Notes under the pieces: model-generated
What the model was told of the DNA's origin: nothing
Databases searched by the model: none
The model's input: the letters and a program-made list of their open reading frames with translations, nothing else
Translations under genes and position numbers: made by a program
Shown here: positions 30,493 through 40,377 of the stretch, piece by piece
How positions within the stretch are numbered: the first letter of the stretch is position 1
Layout: the number at the start of each line of letters is the position of its first letter
Source: Bacteroidia bacterium
GTDB lineage: Bacteria > Bacteroidota > Bacteroidia > J057
Assembly: GCA_019695295.1 (NCBI GenBank)
Contig: JAIBAH010000011.1
Span: 2,956-66,955 of the forward strand
Direction of reading: 5' to 3'
Length of the DNA stretch: 64,000 nucleotides

Positions 30493-31242
30493 TTATCGGG
30501 ATTGCCAAATTTCCCAGGCTTTTTCCGCCTGCAAGTACAGCATTTCAAGGCCGTTTTGTACAAATGCCCCCTTTCTCATTCCTTTTTGTAAAAACAAAGT
30601 ATATTCCGGATTATAAATCAAATCAATCAGCCAGTGAGATGCATTCAGTTTTTCGTAAGGAAAATCCGGGGATAAATCCGTGTCGGGATACATTCCCAAT
30701 GGAGTGGAATTAATAATCAGTATATCATCCGGAAGGGACTCACTTAGCAGATTTTCATATACCAGTATTCCTTTTCCTTGTCTTCTGGAAATCAGCTGAA
30801 AGGGAATTCCCCATTTTTCCAGTACAAACTGAACCGCTTTGGACGCGCCACCTGTTCCCAAAATGAGTGCTTTTGAAGGAAATGAATCTCTGTTTTGTGC
30901 TTTTTTTCCGTTCAGAAGCGTAGCTTCAAATCCGTAAACATCGGTATTATAGCCTTTTATCTTTCCATTTTCGGTTATTTTTATGGTATTTACTGCTCCT
31001 ATTTTCAGGGCTTCATCTGAAATTTCGTCCAGACAGGGAATGATTTCAGTTTTATAGGGAATCGTGATATTTAAGCCGCCGATGAGAGGATTTTTGGTAA
31101 GCCATTCCCGGAAACCTTTCAGCGAATCTCTTTCAAACAAAAGATATTCTGCATCTGTATTGAGTTCCTTAAACTTTTGCGTGAAATACTGTTTTGAGAA
31201 ACTATGTCCCAGCTTTTTTCCGATTAAACCGTATTGTTTCAT
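30493..31242 (-). CDS. aroE: shikimate dehydrogenase
   Basis: It shows GLIGKKLGHSFS, NITIPYK, GAVNTI, GYNTD and LGTGGASKAV. Confidence 0.85.
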   Translation of the reverse strand: MKQYGLIGKKLGHSFSKQYFTQKFKELNTDAEYLLFERDSLKGFREWLTKNPLIGGLNITIPYKTEIIPCLDEISDEALKIGAVNTIKITENGKIKGYNTDVYGFEATLLNGKKAQNRDSFPSKALILGTGGASKAVQFVLEKWGIPFQLISRRQGKGILVYENLLSESLPDDILIINSTPLGMYPDTDLSPDFPYEKLNASHWLIDLIYNPEYTLFLQKGMRKGAFVQNGLEMLYLQAEKAWEIWQSR

Positions 31243-31268
31243 ATTTTTTTAGGGGTTTAGTTGCCGGT

Positions 31269-32690
31269 TTATCTCCTGGAAGAACTTTCTTCTCCCGGGG
31301 TTTCTGATTTTTTCAGGGCTTCATATTCCGCTTCTTCTTCCGCAATCAACCGGTCTATAAATCCGGTTTTATTCACTTCATACATTGATTTTTTATCTAT
31401 CAGAAAGGCAATAGAACTGGAAGCGAGGCCGGCAAGTATCAGATAAAAAATCGTTGAATACCGGTCGGACATTTCCAGCACCAGAATAGCGGAGGTAAAA
31501 GGAGCACGCGTTACCCCGGTCAGAAAAGCCACCATTCCTGCAAGTACCAGAAAATTAAAGTTTTCAGGAGAAACCTCAAAAATATGCGCCATTAATGCGC
31601 CAAAACTTGCTCCGGCACTCAGGGAGGGTGCAAAAACGCCTCCTGCCCCTTCTACCGAATAGCTTAACACCGGCCCAAAGAAACGCAAAGGAAACAACTC
31701 CCAGCCCGAAAACCGGTCAGCAGAGGATTTGCCGAATAAAATCCGCATCATTGCGTCTTTGCCTGAACCCGTAGCGTCTGTGCTCACAAAATAAATGAGT
31801 GCAGCTACTGCCCAACCCGCCAGAATGATAAAAACGACATGCTGCCAGTTTTTTTTCAGCTTTTTCTTCCAGGCACCTACCCATAAAAGGGTTTTGCCAA
31901 ATACTGCCCCAAATACTCCTCCCAGAATTCCGGTGAGCAATACCAAAAGAGTTATCGTAAATGGGACGACTCCGCGGTTTACAGGCGGGTAATCCAGGTA
32001 TAAATAGGAACCTATCAGCGTCTGAGCGGTAAGTCCTGCTATAATTACCGAAGTAAAAACCGCAGTACGGAACTGAGCAAAATGGGTTTTGGAAAGCTCC
32101 TCTATGGCAAAAACGATTCCTCCCAAAGGAGTATTGAAGGCTGCTGCAAGGCCGGAAGCTGCTCCGGTCATAATCATGATTTTTTTGGAAACATTACTGC
32201 CAAAAACCTGAGGAAAATATTTATTGATGATTCTGAAAATAGCCGCTGAAATCTGAATGGTAGAACCTTCTCTTCCCACTGCGCCTCCACCCAGCAAAAT
32301 TACCACACTACTTATTATTTTTACTATGATAATCTTAAAATTCAGGAGTTTATCTACTTTATCAATATGGCGGGGGGAAGCAAGTTCCAGAGAAGCCATC
32401 ACCTGAGGAATACCACTTCCTTTTGCATAAGGGGCAAACTTCCGTACTACCCACCAACCCACAAGAAAACAAAAAGGTGTAACAAAAAATACAAATACCG
32501 GGTATTTTTTCATCCAGTAAACATTGAAAATCTCTACATAATGAAATATTCTGGCGTAAGCTACCGCTACAAAACCCACTACAACTGAGGCAATCCAGTA
32601 GGGCATAGTTTGAAGTGTTTTCCGGATTGCTTCCGATTCAGAAAGAGATTCCGCTATTCTTTGAATATTCTTTTTTATAAATTGGTACAT
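31269..32690 (-). CDS. ClC-family voltage-gated chloride channel/antiporter
   Basis: It shows GSGIP, GREGS/GREGSTI and GGIVFAIEE, with 10+ TM helices. The track start at 32696 is a TTG; the ATG at 32690 (MYQFIKKN) is preferred. Confidence 0.85.
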   Translation of the reverse strand: MYQFIKKNIQRIAESLSESEAIRKTLQTMPYWIASVVVGFVAVAYARIFHYVEIFNVYWMKKYPVFVFFVTPFCFLVGWWVVRKFAPYAKGSGIPQVMASLELASPRHIDKVDKLLNFKIIIVKIISSVVILLGGGAVGREGSTIQISAAIFRIINKYFPQVFGSNVSKKIMIMTGAASGLAAAFNTPLGGIVFAIEELSKTHFAQFRTAVFTSVIIAGLTAQTLIGSYLYLDYPPVNRGVVPFTITLLVLLTGILGGVFGAVFGKTLLWVGAWKKKLKKNWQHVVFIILAGWAVAALIYFVSTDATGSGKDAMMRILFGKSSADRFSGWELFPLRFFGPVLSYSVEGAGGVFAPSLSAGASFGALMAHIFEVSPENFNFLVLAGMVAFLTGVTRAPFTSAILVLEMSDRYSTIFYLILAGLASSSIAFLIDKKSMYEVNKTGFIDRLIAEEEAEYEALKKSETPGEESSSRR

Positions 32691-32928
32691 TGACAAATTT
32701 TTCTATATTTATAAGGTAAAATTCTCAAAGGCTGACATTAGAAAATACAGTTGTTTCCCTGATTTACCCTACAAAAAGCAAAATTCGTTATTTTTTAATG
32801 ATTGAGCAATTTATCTTATCATTTTTTTATATTTCTCTGATGCTGCGTCCTGATTATCGGAAAGGAATTTCATTGATTATTTTTGTTTATTTGGAGTAAT
32901 TCTATTATATTTGAGCAAAAAAACTGGT

Positions 32929-32936
32929 TACTTTTG
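32929..32936 (+). promoter_or_regulatory. putative -7 box (TAnnTTTG) for the LRR gene
   Basis: TACTTTTG lies 14 nt upstream of the ATG at 32950. A second match, TATATTTG, is at 32906-32913. Confidence 0.4.
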
Positions 32937-32949
32937 AATCATTTACTCA

Positions 32950-34251
32950 ATGAAAGCCTTACAATTAATCCGGGAATGTATTGATACTCAAAATCCTGTG
33001 CTCGACCTTGGCTTCTGCGGACTGAAGGATGAAACGCTCGCAGCAGGCTCTCAGACGGATATTGCACTTCGGAAATGCACTCATGTAAAAACCCTCATAC
33101 TCAGCAATCAATGGCAGGACTGGATACACTATCAACGAATTCAGAGTAAAAATAAAGGGAGAAGAAATGTATTTTCACAGCCACCTCCGGCTATTGCTGA
33201 ACTTACAGGCCTTGAAACGCTGATTTTATCCGGGGAGAATGCAAGCCGCGAAAGGGGGAAAATCCGTGATATGCAATTTATTTCAAACCTCCCCAATCTT
33301 CAGTACCTAGACCTTTCTTACAACAAAATAGCGGAAATTAAAGGAGTTGAGAATCTTTCGAAACTGAAGTTTCTTGCGCTCAATGAAAATTATATTTCAA
33401 CAATTTCCGGGCTGGATTCACTTTCTTCTCTGGAATATCTTTACCTTCATGGCAATAAACTAAAAACAACAGAGGGACTCCAGGCTTTAAGCAATTTAGG
33501 CTCGCTTCATCTATCCAACAACAAAATCAAAGTAGTTTCCGGACTGGAGAATCTGAGGAATCTCAGGAATTTTGCTGTATTTTATAATCAAATTGCTACA
33601 ATCTCAGGACTTTCCACCCTCGTTTCTCTGGAAGAGTTAAACCTATCAAGTAATAAGATAGTAAAGATATCCGGACTGGAATCACTCACCGGATTACAAA
33701 AACTGTATCTTTCTGACAATGAAATTACTGAAATACAGGGTCTGGAAAACCTCCTTCATTTACAAAGGCTTTATCTTTACAGTAACCGGCTTACTTCCCT
33801 TAAAGGACTCGAACATTTGCTTGAACTGAATGACCTTTCGGTATTTCAAAATCAGCTTTCTTCAATCATTGGAATAGAGAATCTGAAAAACCTGGAAAGT
33901 CTGTCGATTTCTCAAAATCAGATTACTTCGATTCTGGGCTTTGAAAAAATGACCGGACTAAAAAACCTGAACCTTCACACCAATCAGATTTCAGTCATTG
34001 AGGAAGCGGATAAATTACCTCAACTCCAACAACTCAACCTGTCCAAAAATAAAATTATAAGCCTGAAGCCCCTGATTCCGCTGCTGAAAAGAACAGAGAA
34101 CCCGCTTTCCATCATCTCCGGAGGCGCATTTTCTGCTCATGGTATCCGGATCAAGGATAATCCCTGTCCTTTGCCTCCTGTGGATATACTGAAAAAAGGA
34201 AATCAGTCCGTAATAGAATGGATTGAAAATGAATCGTTTTCCACAGACTGA
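32950..34251 (+). CDS. cytoplasmic leucine-rich repeat protein (about 13-14 repeats of 22 aa)
   Basis: There is no signal peptide. The repeated unit is L..L..L.LS.N.I..I.GLE.L, and a C-terminal cap reads IRIKDNPCPLPPVDILKKGNQSVIEWI. Confidence 0.85.
   Translation: MKALQLIRECIDTQNPVLDLGFCGLKDETLAAGSQTDIALRKCTHVKTLILSNQWQDWIHYQRIQSKNKGRRNVFSQPPPAIAELTGLETLILSGENASRERGKIRDMQFISNLPNLQYLDLSYNKIAEIKGVENLSKLKFLALNENYISTISGLDSLSSLEYLYLHGNKLKTTEGLQALSNLGSLHLSNNKIKVVSGLENLRNLRNFAVFYNQIATISGLSTLVSLEELNLSSNKIVKISGLESLTGLQKLYLSDNEITEIQGLENLLHLQRLYLYSNRLTSLKGLEHLLELNDLSVFQNQLSSIIGIENLKNLESLSISQNQITSILGFEKMTGLKNLNLHTNQISVIEEADKLPQLQQLNLSKNKIISLKPLIPLLKRTENPLSIISGGAFSAHGIRIKDNPCPLPPVDILKKGNQSVIEWIENESFSTD
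33200..34075 (+). repeat. 66-bp periodic coding repeats (LRR units)
   Basis: The DNA shows recurring ...ctggaaaa(c/t)ct... and tt(a/t)tctt(t/a)c.aacaa(a/t)at... units in phase with the 22-aa LRR. The repeats are coding, not CRISPR. Confidence 0.7.
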
Positions 34252-34343
34252 CCGGTACCCCAAAAACCAAAATCTGATTGAGTATTTCAATTACTATCCG
34301 AAATAGTTTTTATTCAATATCGTAATTATTTCCTGATTTTCTT

Positions 34344-34351
34344 TACTTTTG
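34344..34351 (+). promoter_or_regulatory. putative -7 box (TAnnTTTG)
   Basis: TACTTTTG lies 26 nt upstream of the ATG at 34377. Confidence 0.4.
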
Positions 34352-34376
34352 CATTCAGGATTAAAAAAATGATTTT

Positions 34377-36668
34377 ATGAAACAATACAGAATATCGGCA
34401 CTGCTTTTTCTTTTGATGATATCAGGAATGATATTTCCGGTTTTGGCACAGCAAAATGTAGGAATCGGCACCGTCAATCCTAACCCTAAAGCAAAACTTC
34501 ATATCGTTTCGAATAATTCCGGGATTCTTGTTCCGAGGCTTACCGCAGCACAACGGGCGGCAATGAACCCCAACGGTATCAGTGACGCAGGTATTCTGGT
34601 ATTTGATTCTTTGGATCAGCATTTTTACTATTATAATTCCATCCAGAATCAGTGGAATCCCATTCCGGATTTAGACTGGATAATCGCCGGAGCGGACCAG
34701 TATTCCGGGGTTCCGGGCAATGTTGGGATTGGGGTCGCGGCCCCTTCTGCAAAACTCCATGTAAATGGAAGTGTACGTTTTCAGGGGCTGGGAAATGCTG
34801 GGCTGAATGATACCGCTGTTTTGGTTACTGACCTTAACGGCAATGTAATGTTAAGAAATTTACCCCTCAATGTCTGGGATGGAGACGACATCAATGACGC
34901 TGACGCTGACCCGCTCAATGAAATGAATACGGCTATTTTTTATGACCCGCTTACCAATACAATCGCTATTACCGATGGTAACGGAACCCTTACCGCAACC
35001 ATTTCCAATCTCGGTATTCAGAATATTCAGGCGGGAGCAGGACTTTCCGGAATCACCGCCGGCAATACCGTAACGCTGAATGTAAATGCAAATAACGGGC
35101 TGTATGTGGACCCTGTTTCAGATGAGGTAAAATTAGGAGGCGCACTTGTTGAAAATACTACGGTTGGAATCGGTAACTATCAGATGTACTGGAACCTGAA
35201 CGGAACCGGCAATTTTGAAATTCAGAATAACGGAGTTCCCACCCTGACAGTAACCAATTACAGTAACATCGGGGTTAATAATCCGCTCCCCAATACGAAT
35301 GCAATTGTGGATATTAATTCAACCACTAAAGGAATTCTTCTTCCAAGAATGACCACTATCCAGAGAGATAATATTCTTCCTCCTCCCATTGGGTTGATTA
35401 TTTACAACACCGATGAGAATATGCCTCAGCATTATAACGGAACCTGCTGGTTAAATATGTATCAGCCCAGCTGTGACAACTGTGATTTTACCATTGCGCT
35501 GAGTGATACTTTTGGTATTATTACCCACACCCTGAACGATACCGTTACAACGACCGTAACCATCACCCAAACTTCAGGACCTCCCGCTGCAATTAATCTC
35601 TATTATCTGCAGAATTTACCCATGGGAACTTCCATTTATTTTAATAATTATGTAATTACCGGAGGTACAGGTACTTCTACCTTAACGGTCGCTTCCAATA
35701 TTTTTGCCACTCCCGGAATTTATCCCGTGGCTATCCAGGCTTTATGTGGAACAACCCTGAAAACCAAAATGTTTTACGTTCAGATAGACTCCTGTTACAA
35801 GGTGTATATAGATACGGCATTCACCAACTATGACCTTCAGGTAATCAACAGCCTGCCTTCCAATGTACCTATCTGTGTAATCGCAACGGTTCAGCCGAAT
35901 GGTAAAGTATATGGAGACAGTCTTCCTGCATTTACAACCGGCAATTTACATCCTCAGTCCAGCGTGGGAATTATCAATATGGGAGAGATATACGGAAGCG
36001 GAGGAGATGGAGGGGACCTGGCTCTGCTCAATATCCCGCCCACAAGCGTAGGGAATCCCGGAGAAGATGGCACACATGCGATTGACCTGACAGTAAAATC
36101 CACGCTGAACAATAACGGATTTATTTTCGGTGGCGGAGGCGGAGGCGGCTCTATTGGCTGGGCTTTATCTTTCTCTATCCCGATTCCTTTTTCGCCTCCG
36201 GTTACTTTCGGGGTTGGTCTGGGTGTCGGTGGAGGCGGCGGCGCTCCCAATGGATTAGGTGGAGCTATCTCCAATGTAAATTTCACATTAGGTCTTCTGG
36301 ATGCCGGAAATGACGCTACCGGCGGACTAAACGGAGCCGGCGGTCAGGGAGGAGTGGAAAATATTCCTATCTCTATTCCATTGTTTGCAGGAGCTTCTAT
36401 TACCGCCCAACCCAATGCTTTTGGGGGAGATGGCGGGGGATACGGACTCCCCGGAGGCAACGGAAGCATTAGTATAAGCCTTTCAGCGACCCTGCCTTTA
36501 ATCGGCAATATTTCTTTGGGTACTTACCCCAATCCTCCCTACAGCGGGGGCATTATCCCTCCGGGTGGCGTAGCCGGTTATGCCATAAAACGAAATGGCA
36601 ATGCGCTTACCGGACTTCCGGACGGATATTATCAGGTATTCCAGATCCGGGGTCAGGTAGGGCCTTAG
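34377..36668 (+). CDS. secreted protein with a duplicated N-terminal module and a glycine-rich C-terminal region; function unknown
   Basis: It has a signal peptide (…IFPVLAQQ). A duplicated module is seen: GILVPRLTAAQRAAM...GILVFDS...YYYN and GILLPRMTTIQRDNI...GLIIYNTD...HYNG. The last ~250 aa are Gly-rich (GGGGGGGSIGW, GVGGGGGAPNGLGG). No T9SS CTD is recognisable. Confidence 0.6.
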   Translation: MKQYRISALLFLLMISGMIFPVLAQQNVGIGTVNPNPKAKLHIVSNNSGILVPRLTAAQRAAMNPNGISDAGILVFDSLDQHFYYYNSIQNQWNPIPDLDWIIAGADQYSGVPGNVGIGVAAPSAKLHVNGSVRFQGLGNAGLNDTAVLVTDLNGNVMLRNLPLNVWDGDDINDADADPLNEMNTAIFYDPLTNTIAITDGNGTLTATISNLGIQNIQAGAGLSGITAGNTVTLNVNANNGLYVDPVSDEVKLGGALVENTTVGIGNYQMYWNLNGTGNFEIQNNGVPTLTVTNYSNIGVNNPLPNTNAIVDINSTTKGILLPRMTTIQRDNILPPPIGLIIYNTDENMPQHYNGTCWLNMYQPSCDNCDFTIALSDTFGIITHTLNDTVTTTVTITQTSGPPAAINLYYLQNLPMGTSIYFNNYVITGGTGTSTLTVASNIFATPGIYPVAIQALCGTTLKTKMFYVQIDSCYKVYIDTAFTNYDLQVINSLPSNVPICVIATVQPNGKVYGDSLPAFTTGNLHPQSSVGIINMGEIYGSGGDGGDLALLNIPPTSVGNPGEDGTHAIDLTVKSTLNNNGFIFGGGGGGGSIGWALSFSIPIPFSPPVTFGVGLGVGGGGGAPNGLGGAISNVNFTLGLLDAGNDATGGLNGAGGQGGVENIPISIPLFAGASITAQPNAFGGDGGGYGLPGGNGSISISLSATLPLIGNISLGTYPNPPYSGGIIPPGGVAGYAIKRNGNALTGLPDGYYQVFQIRGQVGP

Positions 36669-36685
36669 GAATCATAAAAATAGAG

Positions 36686-36733
36686 AAACCCCCACTGATT
36701 TTAGAGACTATAAAAAATCAGTGAGGTTTTTAT
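36686..36733. terminator. hairpin between convergent genes (bidirectional terminator candidate)
   Basis: A perfect 10-bp stem cactgatttt/aaaatcagtg is extended by aaacc/ggttt and flanked by A-rich and T-rich runs. Confidence 0.55.
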
Positions 36734-36786
36734 TCCTGCAAATGCCGCTTTCGGTTTAGCGACCTGCCGTACAGAATGGGTTTATT

Positions 36787-39330
36787 TTATGAGACATTCC
36801 CCCATTTCCCTCTCATCCACTTCTCCACTTCTACTCCATGAAATACAATTAACGACACCAAAATACACATCCCCAATTCTTTCAGACTAAGGGCTTGTGT
36901 ATGGAAAATATCCTGTAAAAACGGGATATAAAGCAGCGCAAGTTGAAGCAAAAAGGTCAATAGTACAGCTCCAACTAAAGGCCGATTGCTAAATATGCCT
37001 TGCTGGAAAAGGTAAAAATGACTGCTGCGAATAGAAGAAACGTGCCCCATCTGACTGAAACAAAGTACAGTAAATACATACGTTTGCCATTTCGGATCGT
37101 TGTGGTGAATTGCCCATGCCTGTACCCCCAAACAGACAGCTCCCATTAATAAACCCACCCAGAGAATATGCCAGCCTAATCCATTGGCAAAAATGCTTTC
37201 ATCAGGTTTCCGGGGTGGTAATTTCATGACATTTTTTTCCGCAGGCTCAATTGCCAGAGCAAGACCGGGTAAACCATCTGTAACGAGGTTAATCCAAAGA
37301 ATGTGGATGGGCAAAAGCGCAATCGGCAAGCCCACTAAAGGAGCGAGAAAAATCGTCCAGATTTCACCAGCATTGCTCGTCATCGTGTATTTGATAAACT
37401 TACGGATATTGTCATAAATGCGTCTTCCTTCTTTTACTGCCTTTACAATCGTGGCAAAATTATCATCCAATAGTACCAGATCCGATGCTTCTTTGCTTAC
37501 GTCGGTGCCGTTTATACCCATGGCTACCCCAATATTTGCCGCTTTGAGAGAGGGAGCGTCATTTACACCATCGCCTGTCATTGAAACAAAATGCCCTTTT
37601 CGTTGCAGGGTACGCACAATCCGCAGCTTTTGGTCGGGGGAAACGCGGGCATATACCGCCACACTTTCTACCTGTTCGTCAAATGCCTCCTCACTGATAT
37701 TCTGCAGCTCTGTTCCCGTCATCACCAGATCCCTTTCGCCCAGAATCCCGATTTCCCTTGCAATCGCTTTTGCCGTTGCAGGATGGTCGCCTGTAATCAT
37801 CACAGGCTTAATCCCTGCGGTTTTACATTCGGCGATAGCTACTTTTACTTCTTCCCGGGGCGGGTCAATCAATCCCACAACGCCTGCGAGTGTCAATTCT
37901 TTCTCCACCAAATCATAGGTAAAAGGCTCAGGCAGGGCAGCTACGATTTTGTAAGCATACGCCAGTACCCGTTTTCCTTCATTTGCCCAATTATCGGAAT
38001 ATTGCTTTACAATACTTTTCTCCTGCTCATTCAACAAAGAAGCCGTTATGGCCTCACTTGCCCCTTTTGTTACAATCAAAAATTGTCCGTTATGATAATG
38101 ATGAACGGTTGTCATGCATTTTCTATCCGAATCAAAAGGAAGTTCTGCCAGTCGTTTGTGATATTGAATTAAATCTACAAAACCTTCATAACTAAGATTT
38201 TCCACAATATTTTGAACCAAAGCCAACTCGGTAGATTCTCCAAAAGGTTCTTTTTTATCATTAAATTTCACATCATGATTGAGTGCCATACACAAGGAAA
38301 GCAAAGGCGAAACCTCGTGTTTCTCCACTACCTTCATTTGATTCAGGGTCAAAGTACCTGTTTTATCGCTACATATATAAGTAACAGAACCCAGCGTTTC
38401 TACGGAAGGCAATTTTCGGACAAGCGCTTGTTTTTTTGCCAGACGGGAAGCTCCTCCTGCCAGAACTATCGTTATCATAGCGGGTAATGCTTCGGGAATA
38501 GCTGCAACCGCAAGACTAATGGAGAGTAACAACATTTTAAAAGGGTCATCCCCCCGCAAAAGACCAGTAACGAATAAAACCAGACAGATTGCCAGTACAA
38601 TATAAGAGAGTTTTTTGCCAAACTGCGCCATTCTAGCCTGCAAAGGAGTCATTGCTTCGCCTTCCTGCAAAAGATTTGCAATTTTCCCTAGTTCCGTTTT
38701 CATTCCCGTGGCCACTACTACCCCTTTTGCCCTGCCATTCGTTACCAAAGTACCTTTAAACGCCATATTGAACTGGTCGCCAAGGGGAATATTTTGCCCG
38801 TTTAACTCAATGCTGTTTTTATCAACAGGAATAGACTCGCCCGTAAGCGAAGATTCGTCAATGCGCAAACTATGGGTTTCTATCATACGCATATCCGCAG
38901 GCACCACATTTCCAGCTTCTATGATGACAATATCTCCAGGTACTAATTCCGTTGAAGAGATAATAACAGGTTGATTATCCCGTAGTACCTGCGTTTGCGT
39001 AATCGTCATTTTTTTGAGCGCCTCCATTGCTTTCTCGGCTTTATATTCTTGTGCAAAACCAATAATCGCATTGAGCAGTACAATAATCAGAATTATAATT
39101 GTGTCCGTAATGTCGCCCATAATGCCCGATAAAATGGCAGCAGCAAGCAAGACAATGATCATAAAATCTTTGAATTGATTCAGGAAAAGCCGCCAGACAG
39201 GTAGTTTTTTCTTTTCCTGCAATTCATTTAAGCCTGCCTCCGTCAGGCGTTTTTTTGCTTCGGCATGAGACAAGCCCTGTTCGGAGGTCTTTTGTGTTTG
39301 TAAGATGTTGGAAATGGATTGGTTATACAT
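36787..39330 (-). CDS. P-type cation-transporting ATPase, type IIA-like (probably Ca2+)
   Basis: It shows the motifs DKTGTLT, TGES, MITGDH and MTGDGVNDAPSLK. The TM4 motif IPEALP and the TM6 motif NLVTDGLPGLAL resemble Ca2+-ATPases. Confidence 0.9.
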   Translation of the reverse strand: MYNQSISNILQTQKTSEQGLSHAEAKKRLTEAGLNELQEKKKLPVWRLFLNQFKDFMIIVLLAAAILSGIMGDITDTIIILIIVLLNAIIGFAQEYKAEKAMEALKKMTITQTQVLRDNQPVIISSTELVPGDIVIIEAGNVVPADMRMIETHSLRIDESSLTGESIPVDKNSIELNGQNIPLGDQFNMAFKGTLVTNGRAKGVVVATGMKTELGKIANLLQEGEAMTPLQARMAQFGKKLSYIVLAICLVLFVTGLLRGDDPFKMLLLSISLAVAAIPEALPAMITIVLAGGASRLAKKQALVRKLPSVETLGSVTYICSDKTGTLTLNQMKVVEKHEVSPLLSLCMALNHDVKFNDKKEPFGESTELALVQNIVENLSYEGFVDLIQYHKRLAELPFDSDRKCMTTVHHYHNGQFLIVTKGASEAITASLLNEQEKSIVKQYSDNWANEGKRVLAYAYKIVAALPEPFTYDLVEKELTLAGVVGLIDPPREEVKVAIAECKTAGIKPVMITGDHPATAKAIAREIGILGERDLVMTGTELQNISEEAFDEQVESVAVYARVSPDQKLRIVRTLQRKGHFVSMTGDGVNDAPSLKAANIGVAMGINGTDVSKEASDLVLLDDNFATIVKAVKEGRRIYDNIRKFIKYTMTSNAGEIWTIFLAPLVGLPIALLPIHILWINLVTDGLPGLALAIEPAEKNVMKLPPRKPDESIFANGLGWHILWVGLLMGAVCLGVQAWAIHHNDPKWQTYVFTVLCFSQMGHVSSIRSSHFYLFQQGIFSNRPLVGAVLLTFLLQLALLYIPFLQDIFHTQALSLKELGMCILVSLIVFHGVEVEKWMRGKWGNVS

Positions 39331-39366
39331 GATGATATTGTTAAGAAATTATAGAAGAACGATTTT

Positions 39367-40365
39367 TTATTTCGTCAGAAAAAACAACAAAACCATATTG
39401 ACCACATACAGTCCGAATATCGTAAAAGTATCCCAGGACATCAGGATTTTTTTTTCTTTGCTGGGGAAAATAAAGCCAATAATCGCTACTCCTGTCATCA
39501 TCGCCACAAAAAAGACAGACAATAGGTTTACTTCTGAGGCATCTTTAAGCAAAAGCCCCTTTGTGTAAAAGATGTCGTCCAAAAATAAAATAGCGACATT
39601 GAATAAATTACTTCCTAATAAATTGCCAACAGCCATATCGGTCGAACCCATGCGAATAGCCGCTAAGGAAACTGCTATTTCGGGCAGAGAAGTAGAAATC
39701 GCTAAAAACAAAGTACCTACAAAGGATTTCCCTAAACCTGTATCTTCGGCAATATGCCCGGCAAAATAAGGTAATGCCAACGCTGTAACAATTATAATGG
39801 AAGCGAAAAAAGCATAGCGAATCACAACTTGCTTGAGACTCAAATTCGTTTCTACCTCTTCTGATCCGGCATTTATCACCACATTATTTTTTTGATAATT
39901 GAAAATCGTTCTCATTGCTATCAAATAAACAATCACAAAAGAGAAACTTGTTAGTGCCAAAAAGGGCGTTAGTTCAATGTCTTTTTCCAAAAACAAATTT
40001 AAGCCTACCAGCGCAATCAGAATTATGCCAAAGGCGGCTGCAAGAATATGGCTGCGGGAGACATTGCTAAACAGGGGCTTATCTTTCGGGGTAAAAATAT
40101 CCATCAAAGACAAAATCCCTAAATTAAAGGCACAACTGCCCAAAATATCGCCTACTGCTAAGTCTGCCGATTGCACGATTGTAGCCGAACTAATTCCCAC
40201 CATCAATTCGGGTAAGGAAGTTACGGCCGCCATCAATATCAGCCCTATCCAGGCCTTGCCCAGACCCGATAGGTCTGCCAATAAATCACCATAATGTGAG
40301 AGCCGTTTGCCTGCAAAAAAGATAATTGAAGCACAGAGTAAAAAACCTAATAAATGGATTGCCAT
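39367..40365 (-). CDS. CaCA-family sodium/calcium (cation/Ca2+) exchanger, YrbG-like
   Basis: It encodes 332 aa with ~10 TM helices. Two alpha-repeat motifs are present (VTSLPELMVGIS... and STSLPEIAVSLAA...GNLLGSNLFN). Confidence 0.8.
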   Translation of the reverse strand: MAIHLLGFLLCASIIFFAGKRLSHYGDLLADLSGLGKAWIGLILMAAVTSLPELMVGISSATIVQSADLAVGDILGSCAFNLGILSLMDIFTPKDKPLFSNVSRSHILAAAFGIILIALVGLNLFLEKDIELTPFLALTSFSFVIVYLIAMRTIFNYQKNNVVINAGSEEVETNLSLKQVVIRYAFFASIIIVTALALPYFAGHIAEDTGLGKSFVGTLFLAISTSLPEIAVSLAAIRMGSTDMAVGNLLGSNLFNVAILFLDDIFYTKGLLLKDASEVNLLSVFFVAMMTGVAIIGFIFPSKEKKILMSWDTFTIFGLYVVNMVLLFFLTK

Positions 40366-40377
40366 ATTCTTATTTTT

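Noticed and set aside
32691-32949. A fluoride (crcB-motif) or other riboswitch might lie upstream of the ClC channel gene.
   Set aside because: I found no match to the conserved fluoride-riboswitch core on the minus strand. The region is AT-rich promoter-like DNA shared with the divergent LRR gene.
33200-34075. The regular ~66-bp DNA periodicity could superficially suggest a CRISPR-like or tandem repeat array.
   Set aside because: It is in frame within a long ORF and encodes canonical 22-aa leucine-rich repeats. The units are diverged rather than identical, and there are no cas genes.
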